Positions 26,995 to 37,626 of a stretch of DNA of 64,000 nt are shown here, one piece after another (positions within the stretch are counted from its first letter, which is position 1; each line of letters begins with the position of its first letter). Below the pieces are notes generated by a model. It saw nothing but the letters and a program-made list of their open reading frames with translations. It ran no database searches and had not been told where the DNA came from. The stretch is from assembly GCA_041740975.1 (NCBI GenBank), contig JBGSKV010000083.1, forward strand, positions 87,806 to 151,805, written 5' to 3'. This DNA is from Oligoflexales bacterium (GTDB taxonomy: Bacteria; Bdellovibrionota_B; Oligoflexia; Oligoflexales; JALZUQ01). Position numbers and translations under genes: made by a program.

Positions 26995-28374
26995 ATGGCG
27001 TTCAACGTAAAAGTTCCATCGGTCGGTGAATCCGTGCAAGAAGCTATGGTTCACAAATGGCACGTCAAGTCTGGCGATCATGTCGCGCAAGATGATGTTT
27101 TAGTGGAACTCGAAACAGATAAGGCTACCGTTGAAATCGTTTCGGAAGTAAGTGGTGTTGTTACCATTTCTAAAAATAAAGGCGATACCGTCGGCATAGG
27201 CGACGTACTCGCGACGATCGATACCGACGCTAAGGCTAGTGGTAAAGATTCTGATAAAAAAGCATCGTCAAATGGCAATGGTTCTGGCAAACACGCAGTC
27301 GATGAAGATGAAAGTGAATCGGAAGCTCCCGCCGTTGAAGAGCGTGCGGCTGCAACCGATAAAAATACTGCAAAAAAAGCCTCTGAAAAAGCAAAACCTG
27401 CTGCAGGGGTTGCGGCGTCAACTGCAACGTCTCAAAGTGATAGTGGTCGCGAAGGTGTGTTTAGTCCGGCGGCGAGAAAGATTGCCGCAGAGCATGGCAT
27501 CGAAAAAGTATCCGGCACGGGTCGTGGCGGTCGCATTACAAAAGAAGATGTCCTTTCGAAAGTAAATGGCAATGGTCATGCTGCGCCCAATGGTAAAAGT
27601 GCAAAAGAAGCGCCGGCTCCAGAAAAAACTGCAAAAGCACCAGAGCGAAAAGAGTTGCCAGGTATGACTGGCCACCGTGAGGAACGTCGCGAAAAAATGA
27701 CGATGATTCGTCGAAGTATCGCCAGACACTTGGTTCACTCACAGCAAACTGCGGCCATGCTCACTACTTTTAATGACGTGGACATGACGGCCGTACTCGA
27801 ACTTCGCAAAAAGTACAAAGATACCTTCAAGGAGCGCTACGGCATTTCTTTGGGTTTTATGGGTTTTTTCATGAAGGCTGCCGTCGAGGCGCTTCGCGAG
27901 TTTCCACTCATTAACGCTTACGTTGATGGTGAAGAGATTATTTATCACGACTATATCGATGTCGGGGTTGCTGTTTCCACGGAGCGCGGACTCATGGTTC
28001 CTGTTATCCGCAATGTCGAACATATGAGTTTAGTGGATATCGAACTTTCTGTAGCTGCGATGGCCGCAAAAGGTCGGGAAGGCAAAATTAAACTGGAAGA
28101 CTTGAGTGGTGGAACTTTTACCGTATCAAACGGTGGGGTCTTCGGTTCTATGATGTCGACGCCAATTTTGAATTCTCCTCAAAGCGCTATTCTTGGCATG
28201 CACCGCATTGAAGAACGTCCCGTGGTTCGTGCCGGACAGATTGTCGCGCGTTCAATGATGTATCTTGCCCTTTCCTACGATCACCGAATCGTCGATGGTA
28301 AAGAAGCCGTTCAGTTCCTCGTCAAAATCAAAGAGGGAATTGAAGATCCAAACCGTTTGCTTTTGGGAGTGTAG
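26995..28374 (+). CDS. sucB: dihydrolipoyllysine-residue succinyltransferase (2-oxoglutarate dehydrogenase E2)
   Basis: ATG 26995 is preceded by AAGAGGAG. Lipoyl domain [13 protein letters not shown]3-binding domain [13 protein letters not shown], catalytic [10 protein letters not shown]. The ORF-track start at 26854 is an upstream extension. Confidence 0.93.
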   Translation: MAFNVKVPSVGESVQEAMVHKWHVKSGDHVAQDDVLVELETDKATVEIVSEVSGVVTISKNKGDTVGIGDVLATIDTDAKASGKDSDKKASSNGNGSGKHAVDEDESESEAPAVEERAAATDKNTAKKASEKAKPAAGVAASTATSQSDSGREGVFSPAARKIAAEHGIEKVSGTGRGGRITKEDVLSKVNGNGHAAPNGKSAKEAPAPEKTAKAPERKELPGMTGHREERREKMTMIRRSIARHLVHSQQTAAMLTTFNDVDMTAVLELRKKYKDTFKERYGISLGFMGFFMKAAVEALREFPLINAYVDGEEIIYHDYIDVGVAVSTERGLMVPVIRNVEHMSLVDIELSVAAMAAKGREGKIKLEDLSGGTFTVSNGGVFGSMMSTPILNSPQSAILGMHRIEERPVVRAGQIVARSMMYLALSYDHRIVDGKEAVQFLVKIKEGIEDPNRLLLGV

Positions 28375-28380
28375 TTCGCG

Positions 28381-29790
28381 ATGGCCGAGACGTCTTTTGA
28401 TCTCATTGTGATTGGTGGTGGCCCTGGTGGATACGTAGCCGCTATCCGTGCAGCACAGCTCGGTATGTCCGTGGCGTGTATCGAATCTCGTGGTGCGCTT
28501 GGTGGGACTTGCTTGAACGTAGGTTGCATTCCTAGTAAAGCGCTTTTGCAGTCGACGGAATTCTACAACCATACTTTGAACCACTCGAAAGAGCATGGCA
28601 TTGTCGTTGGGAAACTCGATTTTGATTTGGCGCAAATGATGAGTCGCAAAGAGTCCATCGTAAAAGGATTGACTGGCGGCATAGCCGGATTATTTAAGAA
28701 AAACAATTTGACTTATGTCGAGGGATTCGCATCTTTTGTGGATCAGCATACGGTCGAAGTGAAAAGCAAAGCAAAAGCTTCAGCCAAGCAAACTTTGACT
28801 GCCAAGAATTTTATCATTGCCACTGGAAGTGAGCCAATCGAACTCAAAATTGCACCGTTCGACGGCGAAAATATTGTTTCGTCGACAGAGGCGCTTAGCT
28901 TCACGGAGGTTCCTAAGCATCTCATTGTTATCGGTGGCGGTGTCATTGGGCTTGAGATGGGCAGTGTTTGGGCGAGACTCGGAGCAAAAGTTACCGTTAT
29001 CGAAGCACAGGATCGTATCCTGGCGACGATGGATCATGACATCTCTAAAGAGATGACTAAGATTTTGGAAAAGCAAGGCTTTGAAATTCGCGCCAATACA
29101 AAACTCAAAGGTTCCAAAGTCCTCAAAAACAAAGTGAAGCTAACATGTGAAGTCGATGGCAAAGACATCGAAATTGAAGGCGACAAAGTATTGGTTGCCG
29201 TAGGGCGCCGGGCGTTTATCGACGGACTTAACGTGGACAAAGCCGGAGTGAAGGCGCGTCAAAATGGCAAAGTAGAAACGAACGGGCACCTCCAGACGAA
29301 TGTCGAACATATTTATGCGATAGGCGATGTGATTGATGGTCCCATGCTAGCGCACAAGGCGGAAGATGAGGGTGTTGCGGTCGCAGAAATAATCGCCGGT
29401 CAAGCCGGCCATGTCAATTACGAAGCCATTCCGGGAGTGGTCTACACGTGGCCAGAAGTAGCAGCGGTCGGCAAGACCGAGCAAGAGTGTAAAGACAGCG
29501 GTATCGAATACAAGATCGGCAAATTTCCATTCATGGCCAATGGTCGCGCGCGATGTCTCGGCGATACTTCCGGCTTTGTGAAAATCATTGCCGATGCTAA
29601 AACGGATAGATTACTCGGCGTTCATATGGTTGGACCGAATGTTTCGGAACTAGTTGCAGAAGTTGCGGTTGCCTTTGAATTTAGCGCAAGTGCAGAAGAC
29701 TTAGCTCGGTCCGTTCACGCGCATCCAACTCTTGCAGAAACGATTAAAGAAGCCGCTATGGCAGTAGAAAAACGACAGATACACATGTAG
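28381..29790 (+). CDS. lpdA: dihydrolipoyl dehydrogenase (E3)
   Basis: FAD fold GGGPGGYVAAIRAAQLG, redox disulfide GGTCLNVGCIPSK, second Rossmann IGGGVIGLEMG, C-terminal HAHPTLAE. Confidence 0.95.
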   Translation: MAETSFDLIVIGGGPGGYVAAIRAAQLGMSVACIESRGALGGTCLNVGCIPSKALLQSTEFYNHTLNHSKEHGIVVGKLDFDLAQMMSRKESIVKGLTGGIAGLFKKNNLTYVEGFASFVDQHTVEVKSKAKASAKQTLTAKNFIIATGSEPIELKIAPFDGENIVSSTEALSFTEVPKHLIVIGGGVIGLEMGSVWARLGAKVTVIEAQDRILATMDHDISKEMTKILEKQGFEIRANTKLKGSKVLKNKVKLTCEVDGKDIEIEGDKVLVAVGRRAFIDGLNVDKAGVKARQNGKVETNGHLQTNVEHIYAIGDVIDGPMLAHKAEDEGVAVAEIIAGQAGHVNYEAIPGVVYTWPEVAAVGKTEQECKDSGIEYKIGKFPFMANGRARCLGDTSGFVKIIADAKTDRLLGVHMVGPNVSELVAEVAVAFEFSASAEDLARSVHAHPTLAETIKEAAMAVEKRQIHM

Positions 29791-29795
29791 GGGAA

Positions 29796-32567
29796 GTGAT
29801 GGCCCACGATCCGCAAAAATTTAGCTTTGCTCAGGGGATGAATACAAACTACTTAGAGAGTTTGTACAAATCCTACAAAGATGATCCTGCGTCAGTTGAT
29901 GAAACTTGGCAGAATTTCTTTCGCGGTTATGAAATGGGTGCTGAACTGAAACTCGGTGGTGGAGTTTCCGAATCTGCCGATGAAGCGGCGGTGGAAGCAT
30001 TCGTCAATGCCTTCAGGCGCCTTGGGCATTTGCATGCTGACCTCAATCCTCTTTACCCGAAGCCGGAGATCGGCCCCGACTTGCAACCGGAAGCGCACGG
30101 TCTTGCCGACGTCGATCATCAAAAAGTTTTCCATCCCGCAAACCTTGCCGGGATGAGTGAAGGTACGTTTGAAGAGATTCATCAACTTTTGGCTGACACG
30201 TATTGCGGTCATATTGGGGCTGATTTTCGTGAAATGAACGAAATCGAAATGGTGACGTGGCTCCAAGAAAAAATGGAAAGCTGCCGCAACCAACCTGGGT
30301 TCACTAGCGAAATGCAAAAGTTTATTTTGCAAAAACTCGCCGAAGCAGAAGGTTTTGAAAAGTTTCTTCAGGCTCGATTCTTGGGTCAAAAGCGTTTTTC
30401 TGTCGAAGGTCTGGACACTCTGATTCCCATGCTCGCCATCGTCGCAGAAGATGCGACGAAGTCTGGTGTTGAGGAAATTGCTATGGGTATGGCCCATCGT
30501 GGACGCCTCAATGTCTTGGTGAACTTCCTCGGTAAGAACATAGGAACGCTACTGAAAGAATTTGAACAAAGCGAATACAACCTTTTCGATATAGACGGCG
30601 ACGTTAAGTACCATCAAGGTTACGTCAATGAAATCATTGTGAGCGGCAAGAAGAAACTCCGTGCCAAACTTCTTCCTAACCCCTCGCACCTTGAAGCGGT
30701 AAATCCAGTGGTCGAAGGTTATGTTCGGGCTCGCCAAAGGCTTATGGGTGATGAGCAACGCAAAAAAATAGTTCCGATTTTAATTCATGGGGATGCAGCC
30801 ATTGCTGGTCAAGGCATTGTGGCCGAAACCTTCAATATGGCTCGCCTTCCGTACTACACAACCGGCGGCACCATACATATTATTACAAACAACCAGATAG
30901 GTTTCACTACGGAACCATCCGATTACCGTTCAAGCACCTATAGCTCCGAAGTTGCCAAAGCTATTCGCGCTCCGGTTCTTCATGTCAATGCGGATGATCC
31001 AGAAGCAGTGGCTTGGAGCGCCCAGATTGCTGTGGCTTACCGGCAAAAATTCGGTCGAGATATTGTGATTGATTTGATCGGTTATCGTCGTCACGGACAC
31101 AATGAAACCGATGAGCCGTCTTTTACTCAGCCAGCCATGTATCAGATTATTGAATCTCATCCGACTGTTTACGCGCAGTACGCGAACCAGTTGGTTGAAA
31201 AAGGTGTGGTGACCGAAGCGGATGTCAAAGCTCAAGAAAAAGAAGTGCGTAAGCACTTGCAGGGATTTTTGGATGCTGTTCGTTCGGGGGAGTTCAAAAA
31301 ACCCGAAATGAATATTCCAGAGTCCATGAAGGCAGACATGCATTATGAAAAGTTGACGCATGAAGACATGATGAACCCCGGCAAGACTGCCATAAGCAAA
31401 GAGACATTACTCTCTGTTGGCGAAAAGATTTCCAAGGTTCCACCCAAGTTTAATATTAATCCGAAGTTGGAGCGCCTTCTCACAGCGCGCGCTGATATGT
31501 TAAAAGATAAAGGCTTAATTGACTGGGCGATGGCGGAGCTACTTGCTTTCGGAAGTCTCGCCGTCGAAGGACATCACGTACGACTTTCTGGTCAAGACTG
31601 TGGTCGTGGTACGTTTAGTAGTCGACAGGCCAATATGCGTGACTATAAAACGAATGAAAAATATGAAATCCTCAATCATTTAAGTAAAGACCAGGCTTCC
31701 GTTAATATTATCGACAGTCCACTTTCGGAAGCGGGAGTTGTGGGTTTCGAGTTTGGATATTCAGTTGCCGATCGATTGTCTCTTGTTCTGTGGGAGGCGC
31801 AGTTTGGAGACTTCGCGAACGGCGCTCAGATTATTTTTGACCAGTTTATGGCCGCGTCAGAAGCTAAGTGGAAACAGTTAAGTGGACTTGTGCTTTTATT
31901 GCCACATGGACACGAGGGCCAAGGTCCCGAGCATTCGTCTGGCCGCCCTGAAAGATTTTTGCAGCTTTGCGGAAACTTGAATATGCAAGTGGCGATTCCA
32001 ACGACCGCGGCACAGTATTTTCATGTTTTGCGTCGTCAGATTCACCGCCCAAAAGTTCACAAACCTCTTATTTTGATGACTCCGAAAAGTTTGCTTCGCG
32101 ATCAATCCGTAGCGTCCCCAATCAGCGATTTTACCAAGGGCCACTTTGTTGAGATTATCGACGACACCATTAAAGACAAGTCAAAGGTCAAACGAGTGGT
32201 GTTTTGTTCGGGTAAGGTTTTTTACGACCTCGTCAAACTACGCGGCGAAGCCAACAAGCAGGATGAAGTTGCTATCATTCGTATTGAACAACTCTATCCG
32301 TTTCCGGACGTATCCTTTGTCGATATTTGGAAAGCGTACGCCAAGTCCAAAGCTCAGATTGTTTGGTGCCAAGAAGAGCCGCAGAATATGGGTGCCTGGA
32401 TGCATGTGCGGCATCGTTTCCAGAAGCACCTTAGTGTAGCTGACGTGGAATACGTTGGCCGTAAAGCCTCTGGAACCACCGCCGAAGGCAGTACCAAAGC
32501 ACACGCCGAAGAACAAAAACGCATCATTCATACTGCACTTGGGGTATCTTACTCCCCGCCTAAATAA
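29796..32567 (+). CDS. sucA: 2-oxoglutarate dehydrogenase E1 component
   Basis: 923 aa. GMAHRGRLNVL, HGDAAIAGQGIV, GYRRHGHNE and LLLPHGHEGQGPEHSS blocks are typical of SucA. Start is GTG 29796 or ATG 29799. Confidence 0.95.
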   Translation: MMAHDPQKFSFAQGMNTNYLESLYKSYKDDPASVDETWQNFFRGYEMGAELKLGGGVSESADEAAVEAFVNAFRRLGHLHADLNPLYPKPEIGPDLQPEAHGLADVDHQKVFHPANLAGMSEGTFEEIHQLLADTYCGHIGADFREMNEIEMVTWLQEKMESCRNQPGFTSEMQKFILQKLAEAEGFEKFLQARFLGQKRFSVEGLDTLIPMLAIVAEDATKSGVEEIAMGMAHRGRLNVLVNFLGKNIGTLLKEFEQSEYNLFDIDGDVKYHQGYVNEIIVSGKKKLRAKLLPNPSHLEAVNPVVEGYVRARQRLMGDEQRKKIVPILIHGDAAIAGQGIVAETFNMARLPYYTTGGTIHIITNNQIGFTTEPSDYRSSTYSSEVAKAIRAPVLHVNADDPEAVAWSAQIAVAYRQKFGRDIVIDLIGYRRHGHNETDEPSFTQPAMYQIIESHPTVYAQYANQLVEKGVVTEADVKAQEKEVRKHLQGFLDAVRSGEFKKPEMNIPESMKADMHYEKLTHEDMMNPGKTAISKETLLSVGEKISKVPPKFNINPKLERLLTARADMLKDKGLIDWAMAELLAFGSLAVEGHHVRLSGQDCGRGTFSSRQANMRDYKTNEKYEILNHLSKDQASVNIIDSPLSEAGVVGFEFGYSVADRLSLVLWEAQFGDFANGAQIIFDQFMAASEAKWKQLSGLVLLLPHGHEGQGPEHSSGRPERFLQLCGNLNMQVAIPTTAAQYFHVLRRQIHRPKVHKPLILMTPKSLLRDQSVASPISDFTKGHFVEIIDDTIKDKSKVKRVVFCSGKVFYDLVKLRGEANKQDEVAIIRIEQLYPFPDVSFVDIWKAYAKSKAQIVWCQEEPQNMGAWMHVRHRFQKHLSVADVEYVGRKASGTTAEGSTKAHAEEQKRIIHTALGVSYSPPK

Positions 32568-32584
32568 GGCGCTGAGGCAAAATC

Positions 32585-32616
32585 GAAAAAGAAAAGTGCT
32601 GACTCGGGCTCAGCAC
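32585..32616 (-). terminator. putative intrinsic terminator for the minus-strand lipoprotein gene
   Basis: Stem GTGCTGA/TCAGCAC (32596-32602 / 32610-32616) with a 7-nt loop. On the minus strand it is followed by TTTTCTTTTT (complement of 32586-32595). Confidence 0.45.
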
Positions 32617-32642
32617 CCAAGTAAGCGTATGTGTTTTAGATG

Positions 32643-33032
32643 TTAAATCGTAATGGCACTACTGGTAACCGTTACCGTCTTCGTTCCATCCACAACTCGA
32701 CCCCAGACACAGTAAGTTCCACTTGCGGGCAGACTCCAGTTTACTGACGTTGTCGAAACCGGGTTATCATCGACTATTGCGTTATCTTCCGTTGTCCCGC
32801 AACTCGAGAACTCGTCGAAGAAAAGATCGTAGGTTGCATCGTCGGAAGCATTTTCAAAACTCAGTTCGATTGTGAAAGAACTTTCTCCAGTTAGGTCAAC
32901 GACACTGCCAAGATTGTCAAAGGTCATATTCAAAGTTCCGGAACCACCATCTTCACGAGCGTCACCCGCATCACCGCACGCCGTTACAAAACTGATTATG
33001 GAAACCAAAACTAAAGCTTTTGCCAATCTCAT
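32643..33032 (-). CDS. hypothetical lipoprotein
   Basis: MRLAKALVLVSIISFVTAC carries a lipobox (VTAC) from ATG 33032. Small beta-rich acidic body. Confidence 0.55.
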   Translation of the reverse strand: MRLAKALVLVSIISFVTACGDAGDAREDGGSGTLNMTFDNLGSVVDLTGESSFTIELSFENASDDATYDLFFDEFSSCGTTEDNAIVDDNPVSTTSVNWSLPASGTYCVWGRVVDGTKTVTVTSSAITI

Positions 33033-33235
33033 GTCACTCTCCTCTAAAAATAAACGGTTCATCGAAACTGATCGGATTTCGATCCGAATCGCGTTTGGTA
33101 GCGTGAATGAATCTTATAACAATTTAATTTAATTGGATATTATTGTTGATTGGCCTCAACTACGAGATCGGGTAGGCTACATTCTGGTAGCAACATATTG
33201 TTTTTTTTAGGAATTTTCGAATTTCTGGGGGTCCC

Positions 33236-33913
33236 ATGTCTCGTATCGCAGTGCTTTTTGATATAGACGGCACATTACTTTCAACGAGTGGTGCGGGCGG
33301 ACGTGCCATGCACAAGGCGCTTAAGAAGCAGTTTGAAAAGTCCATTCCGATCACCGCCGTGAGTTTAGCGGGAAGATGTGATCGAGGAATTTTTACCGAT
33401 TTATTAACGGCAGCAGAAGTCGACCCTTCCGAGGATAATTTTCAGAAATTGGCAGGTGTCTACTACGAATGTTTGGAAACTGAGTTAGGTTCACATGACT
33501 CAATTCTTTTGCCAGGCGTACAAGAGATTCTAGACCTTTGTTCGGATCATGATTCTATTTCCGTAGGACTCTTGACGGGCAACTTTAAACGTGGCGCTGA
33601 TATGAAACTTAATCATTTTGGCATTTCGCGCTACTTTGGCTTTGGTGGATTTGGAGATAATTTTTCATGTCGCAATGAGCTCGCCAAAAGTATGCTAGCA
33701 ACTGTCGAGAATTCGGCAGGTGTGACCGATCCGGAAAAAATTTGGATTATCGGCGACACGCCGGCAGATATTGCGTGTGCAAAAGCCATTGGAGCCAAGT
33801 GTGTTGCGGTGGCGACGGGTGAGTATCAACACGAAGTCTTGAGCGCTTTAGGTGCCGAATACGTATTGAATGATTTGACCGAGGCCGAAACCTGGCATCA
33901 AAGGTTGTTTTAA
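33236..33913 (+). CDS. HAD-superfamily hydrolase (phosphoglycolate-phosphatase-like)
   Basis: Motif I VLFDIDGTLL, motif II LLTGN, motif III/IV K...IGDTPADI. Confidence 0.8.
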   Translation: MSRIAVLFDIDGTLLSTSGAGGRAMHKALKKQFEKSIPITAVSLAGRCDRGIFTDLLTAAEVDPSEDNFQKLAGVYYECLETELGSHDSILLPGVQEILDLCSDHDSISVGLLTGNFKRGADMKLNHFGISRYFGFGGFGDNFSCRNELAKSMLATVENSAGVTDPEKIWIIGDTPADIACAKAIGAKCVAVATGEYQHEVLSALGAEYVLNDLTEAETWHQRLF

Positions 33914-33932
33914 CTTTTTAACGGAGAGTGAC

Positions 33933-35183
33933 ATGGAAGCTCGCTTTATACTTGGTACGTTTGTAACTTTAAAGGTTCTGCAGTACATCGCAGAACTCTA
34001 TTTGGGCGCAAAGAATCGAAGTTATTATCTCAAGGCCGATAATCAAATCGAGGCGATGAAAGTTCTGTGCATTAGCAAAGTGGATATGGAAAAATCTTTG
34101 ACTTACTCTACAGACAAATACTTCTTCGGTCGAATTGCGGGCCGTTTCAAAATCTTCACAACCTTGGCTTTTATTATCTGTGGTGGCTTGGGCTGGGTGG
34201 AGACTTTCGCTATTCGTATAGCTGGCGCCGATAACACAATTCTGGTGGGTCTTGCTTTCTTTGGAATTTTGGCGCTCCTTAGTATGCTGATGAGTTTGCC
34301 TTTTGATTACTATTCGGTGTTTCGAATTGAGGAGCGTCACGGCTTCAATCGACAAAAACCCAAAACTTTTTTCCTCGACCGCCTAAAGGGCATCGTTATT
34401 GGCTTCACACTAGGCGGGGCACTGCTAAGCCTCATCTTATGGATTATGCAACGCCTTGGTGAGTTTTGGTGGGCGTATGCGGCAGGTGCGGTTTGCGTTT
34501 TTAGTTTATTGACAGCTTGGCTATATCCCACCGTTCTCGCGCCACTCTTTAATAAGTTTAGTCCCGTGCCAGAGGGCGAATTGAAGGATCGGATTTTTAA
34601 GCTTGCCGATCAGATTGGCTTCAATTGTTCAGGACTTTCCATCATGAATGCCTCCGTTCGCTCATCGCACGGTAATGCTTATTTCACGGGTGTGTTTGGC
34701 AAAAAGAAAATTGTTTTATTTGATACCCTTGTGGATTCTCTTATCCCCGATCAAGTGGTGGCGGTTCTCGCTCACGAGCTAGGTCATTTTAAGTTAAATC
34801 ATGTTCGTAATTCACTCCTTCGTGGCTTTGCGATGACCTTTGGGATTTTCTTTCTTTTAAGTTTATGTTTGCCACTTGGGAGTTTTTACACGGCATTTCA
34901 TTTACAGGGCATTTCCGATTATGGAGCTCTACTCGTTTTCAGCATGTGGTTTAGTTTGAGCGATTTTCTCTTGCAGCCTTTTGAAAATTATTTATCTCGT
35001 CGCAATGAGTTTGCGGCCGACGCCTTTGCCAAGAAGCATATGGGTGGGTCTAAAGAACTAGCAGCGGCACTCTTAAAGCTTCGCGAGAAGTCACATTCTA
35101 TGCCGATAAGTCACCCTTGGTTTTCGGCTGTCTATTACTCACATCCTCCCATGATCGAACGTTTGAAGGCTATGGAGGCCTAG
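33933..35183 (+). CDS. M48 family metallopeptidase (Ste24-like)
   Basis: Multi-TM N-terminal half. HELGHFKLNH zinc motif plus the downstream NEFAADAFA glutamate. Confidence 0.85.
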   Translation: MEARFILGTFVTLKVLQYIAELYLGAKNRSYYLKADNQIEAMKVLCISKVDMEKSLTYSTDKYFFGRIAGRFKIFTTLAFIICGGLGWVETFAIRIAGADNTILVGLAFFGILALLSMLMSLPFDYYSVFRIEERHGFNRQKPKTFFLDRLKGIVIGFTLGGALLSLILWIMQRLGEFWWAYAAGAVCVFSLLTAWLYPTVLAPLFNKFSPVPEGELKDRIFKLADQIGFNCSGLSIMNASVRSSHGNAYFTGVFGKKKIVLFDTLVDSLIPDQVVAVLAHELGHFKLNHVRNSLLRGFAMTFGIFFLLSLCLPLGSFYTAFHLQGISDYGALLVFSMWFSLSDFLLQPFENYLSRRNEFAADAFAKKHMGGSKELAAALLKLREKSHSMPISHPWFSAVYYSHPPMIERLKAMEA

Positions 35184-35254
35184 AAGCTAGTGACGCTGGG
35201 ACTCGGTTCTGTTAAGCTTATGAAGTTCATTTAAGCAGATATAAGGGGGATGTT

Positions 35255-35833
35255 ATGGGTTCGAGTTTGAACGACTTACAAGCACAACTTGGCGAAATGC
35301 GATTACTTGAGCATCGCTCGCTTTTTATTTCTGAAGGCGTCCATTCTGGAGTCGCCAAGACCGTAGTTACAAATTTGCTGAACCTGGATGCTGATGCTCC
35401 CGGTAAAGATATTTTTCTTTATTTGAATTCTCCGGGTGGCGAAGTCACGAGTGGATTTGCAATTTATGACACGATTCGCTTCCTAAATTCGAAAGTTACC
35501 ATTATTAACACCGGTCTTTGTGCAAGTATCGCTACGATCATTAACGTTTCGGTACCAAAGGAACGTCGATTGTCTATGCCCAACGCCAAGTTTTTGATTC
35601 ATCAACCGCTCATTTCTGGTCAAGTTCAAGGACCGGCAAGTGATATCGAAATCACGGCCATTGAAATCATGAAAACACGCGAAAAAATTAACAAGGTTTT
35701 AGCGGAAGCCTGCGGTCAAACCGTTAAGAAAATCGAAGAAGATGGCAACCGGGACTACTGGATGAATGCATCTCAAGCTTTGGAATACGGCTTGATTGGC
35801 AAAATTGTTTCCAGTGCCAAAGAATTAAAATAG
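35255..35833 (+). CDS. clpP: ClpP-family serine protease subunit (divergent paralog)
   Basis: DIFLYLNSPGGEVTSGFAIYDT, GLCASIAT (Ser), LIHQPL (His) and NRDYWMNASQALEYGLIGKIV (Asp) align with ClpP catalytic blocks. Confidence 0.85.
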   Translation: MGSSLNDLQAQLGEMRLLEHRSLFISEGVHSGVAKTVVTNLLNLDADAPGKDIFLYLNSPGGEVTSGFAIYDTIRFLNSKVTIINTGLCASIATIINVSVPKERRLSMPNAKFLIHQPLISGQVQGPASDIEITAIEIMKTREKINKVLAEACGQTVKKIEEDGNRDYWMNASQALEYGLIGKIVSSAKELK

Positions 35834-35846
35834 ATTTCCTAGTAAA

Positions 35847-37607
35847 GTGGTTGGTTTCTACCTAAGAAAATATAGTCCCAGCGTTGTAGTCGCGACGATA
35901 ATGAGTTTTTTTATCGCCTTGATCTCCTCTTCGCTGGGACTTTGTTTTGGCCCCGCCTTAAAAGTCTTGATGGACACGGCTCCCCGCGAACTCGCTACGA
36001 CTGATCTATTGGGTGACAACCTTGCTTTTGTAGCCAACTGGTTCGATTCTTCAAAAACAGTGAACTCCACAGTTCTCCTTTGGTATTTACCAATCATCAT
36101 TGTGGTTGCTTCGGCTGCAAAGGCTATTTTTTCATTTGGCCAAACTTTTTTGTGGAAACGAGTCGGGGAAAAATCCGCCCGAGAGATTCGGGCCGACATA
36201 GTCGGAAGTTATTTGAAGATAGATCCCCAACTACGCCTGAAACCAGAAGTGGCTGCGTTGGAGGAAAATCTTTCGGCATTCATTTCGCGCGATATAAAAC
36301 TGATTAGTGATTACATCGTCAATTTCCACGGTAACGTCCCACGTGAATCGATGCAAGTCGTGTTCTTTCTTATCGTACTCGTCGCACTTTCGTTGAAACT
36401 CACTTTACTTTTTGTGTTGGGAATCATTCCATGCTTATGGTTGGTGCTGGGCATTGGGCGGCGTCTACGGAAGCGATCAGAGGCGGTGCTTCGCGATTCC
36501 TCTCGCTTGACGGAGTGGCTACAGCAACGATTGATGGGTGTGGAAACCATTAAGCACTATGGAACGGAAGCCATTGAGACATCGAATATGGATATTTTGC
36601 TTCGCAATATGGAGAATCGACTTGTGAAAGCCGCGCGAACTAGTTCGATGAGCTCACCAATCGTCGAGACCATCGCCGTAGTCGCAATCGCAGGCATTTT
36701 GTACCTAACACTTGCCGACGTTCAGCGTAGTGTTACCTCAGGCGCGGTCTTTATCTCGTTTTTTTCCATACTTTTCATGATGAGCCAGTCCGTCAGTCGC
36801 CTAGGACGGCTTTTTAATAAAAATCGCGAAACCTCTTCCGCGATCGAGCGAGTCGAAGCAACGATCTCCACATTTAAAAAATCATCTTTGCAGGAAATGC
36901 ATCTGGTTTCCGATGTGAGTGTCGGAGGAATCAAGGCCCACAACATTTCTTTTTCCTACGAAAATGGTGAGGGCGGCATCGCGGATTTTTCATATGACTT
37001 TATACCCGGAAAAATTTACACCATCTGCGGCGATTCAGGTGCTGGCAAATCCACTCTTGCGCGGGTCATGCTTGGGCTTTACAAGCCGATGCAAGGAGAC
37101 GTTCGGGTTCACGAAAACTTGACTTGGACTTATGTACCACAAGCGCTTCGACTGATGCCGGGCACGGTGGCTGATAATGTATGTTTTCCTGATGAAACCA
37201 TGGATTTGGTACGTCTGAAGACCGCGCTCGACAAGCTTGATATGACGCATGTTTTCGGTGAGGAAAAATTCGCTTCAGCCATCGTTGGCGATGGCGGTAT
37301 GCAACTCTCCGGAGGTCAGGTGCAAAGACTATTGATAGCTCGAGTTCTTTATCATCAATCCAGATATATACTTATTGATGAAGGGACTTCGGCTCTTGAT
37401 CCAGCTTTAGAGGCCGTAGTTTTGGCAGAAATCAAGGCGCTAGCCCAATCAGGAAGCCTTGTTATTATGATAGCTCATCGCCGCGCGCCGATCGAATGCG
37501 CCGATGAAATCATCATGATGAAAAAGGGAAAAATTGCGCTCTCGGGTCCGCGGGTGAACGTTATGAATCATGAAATTTTCACAAGTTTTTTTCAGAAAGT
37601 TACCTAG
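35847..37607 (+). CDS. ABC exporter, fused permease/ATPase (MsbA-like architecture)
   Basis: N-terminal 6-TM domain. Walker A GDSGAGKST, signature LSGGQVQR, Walker B ILIDEGTSALD. GTG start. Confidence 0.88.
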   Translation: MVGFYLRKYSPSVVVATIMSFFIALISSSLGLCFGPALKVLMDTAPRELATTDLLGDNLAFVANWFDSSKTVNSTVLLWYLPIIIVVASAAKAIFSFGQTFLWKRVGEKSAREIRADIVGSYLKIDPQLRLKPEVAALEENLSAFISRDIKLISDYIVNFHGNVPRESMQVVFFLIVLVALSLKLTLLFVLGIIPCLWLVLGIGRRLRKRSEAVLRDSSRLTEWLQQRLMGVETIKHYGTEAIETSNMDILLRNMENRLVKAARTSSMSSPIVETIAVVAIAGILYLTLADVQRSVTSGAVFISFFSILFMMSQSVSRLGRLFNKNRETSSAIERVEATISTFKKSSLQEMHLVSDVSVGGIKAHNISFSYENGEGGIADFSYDFIPGKIYTICGDSGAGKSTLARVMLGLYKPMQGDVRVHENLTWTYVPQALRLMPGTVADNVCFPDETMDLVRLKTALDKLDMTHVFGEEKFASAIVGDGGMQLSGGQVQRLLIARVLYHQSRYILIDEGTSALDPALEAVVLAEIKALAQSGSLVIMIAHRRAPIECADEIIMMKKGKIALSGPRVNVMNHEIFTSFFQKVT

Positions 37608-37626
37608 CTGCTAGAGGAGAGAGCTT

